From the NCBI GenBank assembly GCA_965216325.1, contig OZ244160.1:2560001-2624000 (forward strand): DNA of 64,000 bases. Direction: 5' to 3'. Shown here in pieces: positions 44,995 to 54,803 of the stretch. Origin of the DNA: Coraliomargarita sp. GTDB lineage: Bacteria; Verrucomicrobiota; Verrucomicrobiia; Opitutales; Coraliomargaritaceae. Both the position numbers and the translations under genes were made by a program. Position 1 is the stretch's first letter. Each line of letters starts with the position of its first letter. The notes under the pieces are model-generated. The model had not been told where the DNA came from. It worked only from the letters and a program-made list of their open reading frames with translations, and made no database searches.

Positions 44995-45573
44995 TTAGCC
45001 CCACTGAGGTGGGTTCTGTAGCTCGGGCTTGAGCACACCGATGCAAGGTAGTTGGCGGTAGCGCTCTGCGAAATCTAGGCCGTAGCCGACGACGAATTCA
45101 TCGGGAATCTCGAAGCCGACATAGTCCGCATTAAAGTTGATCTTGCGTGGTGTCTGTTTGTCGAGCAGCACGCAGGTCTTGAGGCTGGCGGGATTCATCT
45201 GCGCAATTACTTCAGTGATCTTTGCGAGAGTGTGACCGGTGTCGAGGACGTCATCAATGACGAGCACGTCGATGCCTTCGAGGTTGAGGCGGACGCGATC
45301 AATGATTTCCGGATCTTTGACTGGTTGGGTTTCGTCCCAGTAACTGGCTACCCGAATACAGTCGAGCTGTACGGGAAGGTTCATCTGCCGGATTAGATCC
45401 GCGACGAAGATGATGGCGCCGTTGATGATGGCGATGACTGCCAGTTCACGTCCATCGTAGTCTGCTGTGATCTGCGCGCCGAGTTCTTTGAGGCGGTGTT
45501 GGAGTTGTTCCTCGCTGACGAGGATGTTATCCAGATCTTCAGATGGGCAGGGCGTGTGGTCGTTGGGTGGCAT
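44995..45573 (-). CDS. hpt: Hypoxanthine phosphoribosyltransferase
   Basis: [18 protein letters not shown] and [14 protein letters not shown]. Confidence 0.95.
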   Translation of the reverse strand: MPPNDHTPCPSEDLDNILVSEEQLQHRLKELGAQITADYDGRELAVIAIINGAIIFVADLIRQMNLPVQLDCIRVASYWDETQPVKDPEIIDRVRLNLEGIDVLVIDDVLDTGHTLAKITEVIAQMNPASLKTCVLLDKQTPRKINFNADYVGFEIPDEFVVGYGLDFAERYRQLPCIGVLKPELQNPPQWG

Positions 45574-45691
45574 TCAGAGGTTTAGATGGCGTAAAAATGG
45601 TTTGGATTCAAGAGTAAGTTAAGCTGCATGGAGCTTCTTAATGGTCCGATCAGTTAACTGTCGGTCTTGTCGTCGCCTTGCTCCACGGAAG

Positions 45692-45744
45692 TAATCCTAC
45701 TCTGAATCTTACTCTACTCTGAATCGGGCTGATTAGGATTAAGG
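45692..45744. repeat. Third TAATCN-family repeat
   Basis: taatcctactctgaatcttactc...gattaggattaagg. Confidence 0.6.
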
Positions 45745-45753
45745 CTGATCGGC

Positions 45754-47115
<1,362 letters not shown>

Positions 47116-47136
47116 GGCAGGCACCCTAGGGGTGCC

Positions 47137-47230
47137 GGAGTGAAAGTGAAGGTGAAAGTGAGAGTGGTTTAGTCGTCGGACTGGAGGCAGTGATGGAAGT
47201 CACTTTTACCCTCACTCTCACCTGCACTCC
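47137..47230. repeat. 6-bp-period (GTGAAA) degenerate inverted repeat
   Basis: ggagtgaaagtgaaggtgaaagtgagagtg ... cacttttaccctcactctcacctgcactcc. Confidence 0.7.
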
Positions 47231-47340
47231 GTTTTTTGACGCGAGCGCCGAAAAAACGGATGCTTTACAAGGCTGTCACAGTTGCTAGCGTCCCACGTTT
47301 GGATTTTTCCGCTCTGCGGGCCTGATTACACACGAATTTC

Positions 47341-48669
47341 ATGAAACAACGCACCATTCTTAGGGAGGTTTCCATCAAAGGGAAATCCTTGCACACTGGC
47401 GAAGAGGTCAATTTGACGCTGAAGCCGGCACCGGAAAATCACGGCATCGTGTTCAAGCGCATTGACCTTTACGGCAAGCCAGAGCTCAAGCCAGTCGTGG
47501 ATTTGGTGGAAGATCTGGTCCGCAGCACGACGATCGCTGACGGTCATGCCAAGGTGCATACGGTCGAGCACGTGCTCAGTGCGCTCAACGGCTGTGGCGT
47601 CGATAACGTCCTGATTGAAATGGATGCCAGCGAGCCGCCGATTTTGGACGGTTCTGCCAAGCACTTTGTTAATTTGGTCCAGCAGGCTGAGCCAGTTGAG
47701 CAAGACGCCGAGCGTGAGTATTTCGAGCTGGATGAGCCGATTTCGGTAACTCGTGGTAGCAGTTCCATCATTGCGCTGCCGCATGATGGTTTCCGTATTA
47801 CCTGCACCTCGGCCGATGACCGCGGCATCCACACCCAGCACCTAATGCTGGATATCGATCCGGAAACTTATGTGGCTCAGGTCGCACCGGCGCGCACATT
47901 CACGATTTACGAAGACATCGAGGAGCTGCTGAAGCTTGGCAAGATCAAGGGCGGTAGCCTCGACAGCGCGATCGTCATCAAGGGCGACAAGATCGTGTCC
48001 AAGGAGCCGCTACGCTTTAAGGACGAATTCGTGCGCCATAAGATGCTCGATATCGTTGGCGACATCGTCCTCGCAGGCATGCCAATCAAGGCTCACATCA
48101 TCGGTGTGCGTCCGGGGCACGCCCTGAACGCGGAGCTTTCCAAGAAGCTACGTCAGAAGATCCTTGAAAAGGCCAAGGGCAAGAAGGCGGCAGCGAAAAA
48201 GCCACTGCCAGTCGAGTCTCACGAGAAGACCATCGACATTCGTGGGGTGCTGAACCTGCTGCCACACCGCTATCCGTTCGTAATGATCGACCGCGTGGTG
48301 GAGATCGTCAGCGACGACGAGCTGGTTGCGCTCAAGAATGTGACCATCAACGAGCCGTATTTCCAAGGTCACTATCCGGGCCGCCCGGTGATGCCGGGAG
48401 TCTTGCAAGTCGAGGCAATGGCACAAGCCGCTGGTGTCCTCTTGCTGCGTAAGCTTCCAGCTGACGACAACAAGATTGCGTTCTTTATGAGCGTGGATAA
48501 GGTCAAGTTCCGGCAAGCGGTTGAGCCGGGTGACTCGATTGAAATTCGCGTCAAGCTCGTCAAGATTCGTGGTAACAAGATTGCCACTGCGACCGGTGAG
48601 TGTAAGGTAAATGGAAAGACCTGCTCCAGCGCAGAGCTGATGTTTATGTTGGCGGACGCGACCGATTAA
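47341..48669 (+). CDS. lpxC/fabZ: Bifunctional LpxC / FabZ
   Basis: TVEHVLSAL and HKMLD (LpxC); LPHRYPF and GHYP..PVMPGVL..EAMAQ (FabZ). Confidence 0.96.
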   Translation: MKQRTILREVSIKGKSLHTGEEVNLTLKPAPENHGIVFKRIDLYGKPELKPVVDLVEDLVRSTTIADGHAKVHTVEHVLSALNGCGVDNVLIEMDASEPPILDGSAKHFVNLVQQAEPVEQDAEREYFELDEPISVTRGSSSIIALPHDGFRITCTSADDRGIHTQHLMLDIDPETYVAQVAPARTFTIYEDIEELLKLGKIKGGSLDSAIVIKGDKIVSKEPLRFKDEFVRHKMLDIVGDIVLAGMPIKAHIIGVRPGHALNAELSKKLRQKILEKAKGKKAAAKKPLPVESHEKTIDIRGVLNLLPHRYPFVMIDRVVEIVSDDELVALKNVTINEPYFQGHYPGRPVMPGVLQVEAMAQAAGVLLLRKLPADDNKIAFFMSVDKVKFRQAVEPGDSIEIRVKLVKIRGNKIATATGECKVNGKTCSSAELMFMLADATD

Positions 48670-48688
48670 TTTTATCTACTTTCGAGTC

Positions 48689-49465
48689 ATGGCTACAGAG
48701 ATCCACCCCACCGCGATTATTGAATCGGGTGCCGAATTGGACGATGGTGTCGTTGTCGGCCCCTACGCCTACATCGGCGCGCATGTAAAGATCGCCAAAG
48801 GCACAGAGGTGATGCACCACGCGACTGTTGATGGTGCGACCACGATGGGCACGGACAACGAAGTCCACCCGTATGCGTATGTCGGTGGTAAGACACACGA
48901 TCTGAAGTATCAGGGCGGCATTCAGCGTTTGGAGATCGGTAACAGCAATGTTTTCCGCGAGTTCACCACGATTCACTGTGCGACTCACGATGATACACTG
49001 ACTAAGCTTGGGGACAACAACCTTATTCTTTCCTATAGTCACGTGGCACACGAGTGCATCATCGGCAACCACTTGATCATGAGCAGCCATGCGGCGCTTG
49101 GTGGTCACGTTGAAGTGGGCAACCACGTCAATGTTGGCTGGGGCGCAGGTGTGCACCAATTCTGCCGTTTGGGTGACCACGCGATGGTTGGTGCGGCGTC
49201 CAAGGTGGTGCAAGATGTACCGCCATTTATGATCAGTGATGGCAACCCCGCAGCAGCGCGCACGATCAACAAGGTGGGCCTTGAGCGTTCCGGTTACAGC
49301 AAAGATGAGATCGCGCTCGCGCGACGTGTCTTTAAAGCCTTCTACAAGGATGGGCTGAATCGCACGCAAGCGATCGATGCTCTCAGGGAGTCGACCGACA
49401 TCGAACACCGTGTGGTGAAAACCTTCTTGGACTTCACCGCGGGTAGTCAGCGTGGGCTGAGCTAA
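48689..49465 (+). CDS. lpxA: Acyl-ACP--UDP-N-acetylglucosamine O-acyltransferase
   Basis: IHPTAII, hexapeptide repeats, HVAHEC, HQFCR and QDVPPF. Confidence 0.96.
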   Translation: MATEIHPTAIIESGAELDDGVVVGPYAYIGAHVKIAKGTEVMHHATVDGATTMGTDNEVHPYAYVGGKTHDLKYQGGIQRLEIGNSNVFREFTTIHCATHDDTLTKLGDNNLILSYSHVAHECIIGNHLIMSSHAALGGHVEVGNHVNVGWGAGVHQFCRLGDHAMVGAASKVVQDVPPFMISDGNPAAARTINKVGLERSGYSKDEIALARRVFKAFYKDGLNRTQAIDALRESTDIEHRVVKTFLDFTAGSQRGLS

Positions 49466-49548
49466 TGCTGTGCTCGGTGCGCACTAATAGCTGATCCAGT
49501 GTCGCAACATAAGTAGCCGTCTTCCGATCTAAGGCTAGAATCGGAAGT

Positions 49549-49938
49549 ATGAAACCAGGTCTAAAAAATCCACTGCTCAGAGTGACGAATCTGTTGCTCT
49601 ACCTATCGTTCTGCGGACTCGTTGGCACGGGCGCCTTACTCACATGGAAGCTCGTTCCGGGCTCACGCGGCGGCCATGGCCTGCGTGTCTTTGAGATGAG
49701 TCGGCATGAGTGGGGAGATATTCACTTTTGGTGTGGTGTTGTGATGCTCGCCGCAACGGTGGTGCACATGTTGCTGAATTGGGCATGGCTCAAGAAGATC
49801 GCGACCTCTGGGCACATGTGGCGTTTAGTGCTTGGGCTGGCGTTTGGCCTAGCGATCATTCTGGGCATCTATTTTGCGCCGATGACGGATGCTTCAGGCA
49901 AGGAGCATGTCCACGAAGTAGAGGAACATGGGCATTAA
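49549..49938 (+). CDS. DUF4405-like membrane protein with a His-rich tail
   Basis: About 3 TM segments; RHEWGDIHFW and HMLLNWAW; C-terminus EHVHEVEEHGH. Confidence 0.75.
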   Translation: MKPGLKNPLLRVTNLLLYLSFCGLVGTGALLTWKLVPGSRGGHGLRVFEMSRHEWGDIHFWCGVVMLAATVVHMLLNWAWLKKIATSGHMWRLVLGLAFGLAIILGIYFAPMTDASGKEHVHEVEEHGH

Positions 49939-50039
49939 GTGGCGCTTCCGGGAGGGGGGCGATGTGCACAATTCAGCTCGGTCTTGGCATCTGATGCAGA
50001 ATCTGCTTTATTAACTAGCGTTGGAGAAAATCCAATCGA

Positions 50040-52280
50040 ATGAAACAGACAGACGACCAATCAAAGTGGATTGAGGTGCTTGCCGATTTCCTCAAGCGAA
50101 CGCCTGCGGTGGAGGCCGTGCGTCTCAACGAAGACCAACGCTCGCTGGAGATTGCAACGCTCGGTGAGGTGGATTTACAGGCCTTGAGGGATCAGCTCGT
50201 TGAGACCCTCAATCAAGTTTCGCAGCAAGCCACTGGTGAGGGCAGTCCGAGGGCGGAGCCGGGCTGGACCCTTCGCTCCGAGGAGGATGGCTCCTTTGAG
50301 TTACAACGTCCAACGTGCTTGACCGCCCCGCGCTTATGGCGGTGGCGTCGGATTGATTGGCCAGACGATGCACCGGAGGCGGAAGAACATGATGACTGGC
50401 GTGTGCTTGCTGGCCTTGCGGGCTTATGTGCATTGTTTGGAATTGCTGGTTGGGTCTTAAGTTCGGTCGCGGAGATACCCCTGTGGCTGCCAGTTGTGCT
50501 GTATGCAGTCTCTATGCTGGCGGGCGGATGGGATGCGATTGGCGATGTCAAAGAAGGCCTGCCGAAAGGGGAGTTGGACATCCATTTTCTGATGCTCGCA
50601 GTTGCGATTGGCGCGGCTTCGATCGGTGCTTGGGCTGAGGGTGCGCTCCTGCTTTTCCTGTTTTCGTTTTCGGCTGCCTTGGAGGCCTTTGCGATGCATC
50701 GTACGCGCAGCGAAATTGAAACATTGTTTAGTGCGGCACCGAAACAAGCACTCATCGTCGATAGTGCAGGTGAAGAGGTCGACACGCCAGTGGATCAGGT
50801 TGCTCAGGGAATGACCGTTCGCATTAAGCCCGGAAATCAATTCCCGGTAGATGCGGTGGTCCTGAGTGGTCAGAGTGCTGCGGATGAATCGAACCTGACC
50901 GGTGAGGCCAATCCTGTGGAGAAGCTCGTCGGTGATGAAGTCTATGCTGGCACGGTTAACCTCTGGGGCACCGTGGACACACGCGTGCTGCGTCCAGCCA
51001 GTGAGAGCTCGCTGAGTAAGATCATTCGCCTCATCAAGGAGGCCCAGCACTTGAAGGCGCCCAGTCAGCGTTTCACGGATCGTTTTGGAACCGGCTATAC
51101 CATTGGTATTCTGAGTCTGACTGCGGCCATGTTCCTTATCTGGTGGCTGGGCTTTGGGATTCAGCCATTCACCAACTCAGAGATGGGCTTTTCTGCCTTC
51201 TACCGTGCTATGACGCTCTTGGTGGTAGCGAGCCCTTGTGCCTTGGTTCTGTCGATTCCGTCTGCGATTTTGGCGGCGATTGCATGGGGCGCGCGTCATG
51301 GAGTGCTGTTTCGCGGAGGAGCGGCGATTGAAAAATTAGCGCATGTCGACTTGGTCGCGTTGGATAAAACAGGCACACTGACAACTGGTGAGATGGAGGT
51401 TGCGAAAGTGGAAAGCTTTCCTCCTGGACGGGAACGCGAGGCGACCGAACTCGCTTATTCGTTAGAGGCGCATGGAACGCACCCGATCGGGCGCGCCATC
51501 AAGAAGTATGGTCAATCCTTGGGCTTGAGTCCGCGTGAGATCAAGGACTTCCGAGCGATGTCCGGTAAGGGCCTGCAAGGTCGCGATGGTGATACGCTCT
51601 GTTTGTTGGGGCGGCGTGAGTTATTGGAGAGTGGTCCGCTGGCAGAATGGGCGCGCTCTTTGCCGGAGCCTGAACCTGAGTATACCGAGAACTGGGTGAT
51701 TAAGGACGACTTGATTGGTCGTATCTTGTTGCGAGATCAAATACGCGAGGAATCCAAGCCGATTCTCGAGCGGTTGAAGCGACTGGGCCTGCGCTGTGTC
51801 ATGCTGACGGGCGACCGTCGCGGCTCCGCTGAATCCGTGGGGCTTGAGCTCGGGGTTGACGAAATTAAGTCGGGCCTGACTCCAGAGGATAAGGTTGCGG
51901 CAATTAGATCGTATTCTGAATCTGGATACAAAGTTGCGATGGTTGGCGACGGCGTGAACGACGCTCCGAGTCTGGCTGCTGCCTATGTTTCGGTTGGAAT
52001 GGGGGCGCGTGGAAGTGACGCTGCTTTAGAGCAAAGCGAGGTTGTTTTGATGAATGATCGAATTGATCACTTCCTCAGTGCGATTGAATTGAGCTCGCGG
52101 GCACGGACTGTGATCAGGCAGAACCTAGTCATCGCACTTGGGACGGTTGTGCTCATGGCCTTGGCTGCGATTCTGGGGTGGATCCCACTGAGTGTCGGTG
52201 TATTTGCTCACGAAGGCAGCACGGTCCTCGTCTGTATGAACAGTTTGCGCTTATTGTTCGCGCGTGGATCAAGGGACTGA
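50040..52280 (+). CDS. Heavy-metal translocating P1B-type ATPase (P1B-4-like)
   Basis: TGE, SPC, DKTGT, HP, GDGVND and HEGST. Confidence 0.95.
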   Translation: MKQTDDQSKWIEVLADFLKRTPAVEAVRLNEDQRSLEIATLGEVDLQALRDQLVETLNQVSQQATGEGSPRAEPGWTLRSEEDGSFELQRPTCLTAPRLWRWRRIDWPDDAPEAEEHDDWRVLAGLAGLCALFGIAGWVLSSVAEIPLWLPVVLYAVSMLAGGWDAIGDVKEGLPKGELDIHFLMLAVAIGAASIGAWAEGALLLFLFSFSAALEAFAMHRTRSEIETLFSAAPKQALIVDSAGEEVDTPVDQVAQGMTVRIKPGNQFPVDAVVLSGQSAADESNLTGEANPVEKLVGDEVYAGTVNLWGTVDTRVLRPASESSLSKIIRLIKEAQHLKAPSQRFTDRFGTGYTIGILSLTAAMFLIWWLGFGIQPFTNSEMGFSAFYRAMTLLVVASPCALVLSIPSAILAAIAWGARHGVLFRGGAAIEKLAHVDLVALDKTGTLTTGEMEVAKVESFPPGREREATELAYSLEAHGTHPIGRAIKKYGQSLGLSPREIKDFRAMSGKGLQGRDGDTLCLLGRRELLESGPLAEWARSLPEPEPEYTENWVIKDDLIGRILLRDQIREESKPILERLKRLGLRCVMLTGDRRGSAESVGLELGVDEIKSGLTPEDKVAAIRSYSESGYKVAMVGDGVNDAPSLAAAYVSVGMGARGSDAALEQSEVVLMNDRIDHFLSAIELSSRARTVIRQNLVIALGTVVLMALAAILGWIPLSVGVFAHEGSTVLVCMNSLRLLFARGSRD

Positions 52281-52335
52281 TCGTTGCGCTAACCAGCTTT
52301 GCGAGTGCGTAGTCTCTGCGCTGCAGGTGCTGGCG

Positions 52336-52884
52336 CTAAGCCGCGTGTTCGATACTTGCGGCTAGGTTTTGCACCGCAAAGGCATGCTTTGCCAGAGCAC
52401 TGGTCTCGGTAATGCCTTCTGTTTGCTCGAGCATCGATACGAGCACGAATTGTCGATCATTGAGGTAGATCGGCATGGTGAAGATGATCAGCTGGAGTGG
52501 GGTGTCAGAGCCCTCTTGTTCGATGGTGCATTGTTGCACGTCGACTTTGCCTTTGAGGCTGTTGAGCACCGCATTCACGCCGCCACATAGCTGGCAATTG
52601 ATCGATGTGCCGCAGCCGCCGGAACCTTCGTCCGCATGCACACATTTGAGTGCTTCTCCGGGGCGCATTGCATAGAGTTCTGCAGGATCTTTAGTTCCAA
52701 GCATTTCAATGCAGGCTGTGTTGGCATACACGATTTGTCGTTGTGGATTGAGTAACATGACCAACTTGCTGGTCTGCTTTACTTGCTCCTGTAGGGCAGG
52801 ATTCTCCATCAGCGTGCACATCTGCGCATGCAACTCATCCCAAGTTGCGCGTTCTGCTGGGGCATGTTCGGTGCGTTCGTCCAT
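52336..52884 (-). CDS. Stand-alone PAS-like domain protein with a Cys cluster
   Basis: LLNPQRQIVYAN; RPGEALKCVHA..GGCGTS..CQLCG. Confidence 0.75.
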   Translation of the reverse strand: MDERTEHAPAERATWDELHAQMCTLMENPALQEQVKQTSKLVMLLNPQRQIVYANTACIEMLGTKDPAELYAMRPGEALKCVHADEGSGGCGTSINCQLCGGVNAVLNSLKGKVDVQQCTIEQEGSDTPLQLIIFTMPIYLNDRQFVLVSMLEQTEGITETSALAKHAFAVQNLAASIEHAA

Positions 52885-52946
52885 CCTATGGTTAACGGAC
52901 TTTAACCAAGTAAGCGGACTTGTCCATCGTTTATACTTTTACCGGT

Positions 52947-54158
52947 CTACGGTATTAGCATACCTGCGATGGCTGCGCTGGAGAAATTGGCGAGACTGCC
53001 CGCGAGCACGGCCTTGAGCCCGAGTTGCGCGATCTGACTGCGGCGTTCGGGGACTAGGCTGCCGAGGCCACCCAGCAGAATCGCGATGGAGGAGAAGTTG
53101 GCAAAGCCGCACAGAGCGAAGGTGAGGATTGCTTGAGTGCGTGTGCTGAGTGAGTCAGAGACTTGCGTAAACTCGGCAAAGGCGACGAATTCATTGAGCA
53201 CGAGCTTCTGGCCAATAAAAGAGCCACCCATGCTTGCTTGGTCCCAAGGAATGCCGATCAGCCAGGCGATCGGACTGAAGGCATAGCCCAGTAGCAATTG
53301 AAGGCTCAGTGTATCATTGCCAAACCAGGTTCCGATCCAGCCGAGTAAGCCATTGATGAGTGCGATCAAACCGACGAATGCGATGAGCATCGCACCGACA
53401 TTGAGTGCGAGTCGCAGGCCATCACCTGCGCCATGTGCTGCTGCGTCGAAGACATTGACCGGTGCGCCTTCTTTGTCTTCCGCGAGCTTGCTGTTATCTG
53501 GAGAGGCGGTTTCCGGTATGAGTAACTTTGCAAACAGCAAACCCGATGGAGCGGCCATGAAACAGGCCGCGATTAGATATTCGAGTTTCACCCCCATGGC
53601 TGCGTAGCCCGCCATGACACTGCCAGCGATTGAGGCAAGGCCACCGACCATCACGGCGAAAAACTCAGACTGAGTCATTCGTGGCAAGTAGGGCTTAATT
53701 GCTAAGGGGGCTTCCGTCTGTCCCACAAAAATGTTGGCAGTTGCGCTGAGCGATTCGGCGCGACTGGTGCCGAGCAGTTTGCGAATGGCACCGCCAATGA
53801 TCGACACGATCAACGGCATGACTCGGAGATAGTAGAGCACCGAGATCAGCGAAGAGAAGAAGACGATGACCGGCAGCACCTTAAAGGCAAAGATGAAGCC
53901 GAGACTGGATCCAGAGTTACTGAGATCGCCGAAGAGAAATTCAATGCCGTCGTCACCAAAGCCAATGATTGCGGCGACGAGTTCGGAGAGTTTGCCGAGG
54001 GCCATCTTGCCGACGGGCACGAACAGCACCAGTGCGCCGAAGCTAAATTGAATCGCAATGGCAGCTGCAATGGTTCGCCAGTTGATATCCTTGCGAGACG
54101 ATGAGCAAAGCCACGCAAAGGCGACCAGTGCACAATATCCCAGTAGGCTGATGAACAT
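52947..54158 (-). CDS. NupC/NupG family (CNT) nucleoside transporter
   Basis: [19 protein letters not shown] and [11 protein letters not shown]. Confidence 0.95.
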   Translation of the reverse strand: MFISLLGYCALVAFAWLCSSSRKDINWRTIAAAIAIQFSFGALVLFVPVGKMALGKLSELVAAIIGFGDDGIEFLFGDLSNSGSSLGFIFAFKVLPVIVFFSSLISVLYYLRVMPLIVSIIGGAIRKLLGTSRAESLSATANIFVGQTEAPLAIKPYLPRMTQSEFFAVMVGGLASIAGSVMAGYAAMGVKLEYLIAACFMAAPSGLLFAKLLIPETASPDNSKLAEDKEGAPVNVFDAAAHGAGDGLRLALNVGAMLIAFVGLIALINGLLGWIGTWFGNDTLSLQLLLGYAFSPIAWLIGIPWDQASMGGSFIGQKLVLNEFVAFAEFTQVSDSLSTRTQAILTFALCGFANFSSIAILLGGLGSLVPERRSQIAQLGLKAVLAGSLANFSSAAIAGMLIP

Positions 54159-54286
54159 GCTGCGCAGTGTGTCGCCTTACGATGGGAATGCAAGTCACAT
54201 GAGATTGCGACTTGTAGGAGCGGTGAGCGCTATGACTTGAATGCTGTAGCGATTAATCTACAGAGCCAGATAGGGCTTAGCTTTGA

Positions 54287-54715
54287 TTGGTAGCGCAGCA
54301 CCGTCTCGGTGCGCACCACGTTGTGAAAGTATAAATGTCAGGCCTCGAATGCGGTGCCATTTCGACAGGCTCAAGGCCCTGAGTTTATCGAAGGGCGAGA
54401 CGCACTGAATGTTACTACCTTAAGGCAAATTTAAGAATTCTCAGAGACAAATAGCACCTCCCCAGCCATGGGGAGGTGCCTGCGCAAGCAGACGGAGGGG
54501 TATGACCGAAGAAAGGCCTATAATACCAGTCTTCAATTATTTCTGGTAGGACGAATGCTATTGTTGGGTAGGGAGGCATGCCCTCATGCCTATGAAAGTC
54601 GGAGGGGACCTCCCTACCTTTTTAAGGGGAAAAGTTACAGTATGGTATAACACAGCAACCAACCACCTCCCCCTTCGACAAGCTCAGGGGACTCCTCCTA
54701 ACCAAGGAAGAGAGT
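54287..54715. repeat. Cluster of palindromic intergenic repeats (REP-like)
   Basis: REP copy 2 at 54287-54316; ttcgacaggctca...tgagtttatcgaa at 54361-54392; cccttcgacaagctcaggg at 54671; GGTAGGGAGG...CCTCCCTACC at 54567-54618; cctcccca-gcca-tggggagg at 54457. Confidence 0.75.
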
Positions 54716-54803
54716 TTTAAACAGTCTATACCGCAATAGAACATCCAGCCCATAATTATCCTTAAGGTAGTGCCATTCGAGACGCACCTGCGCTGTTGCC
54801 TGT

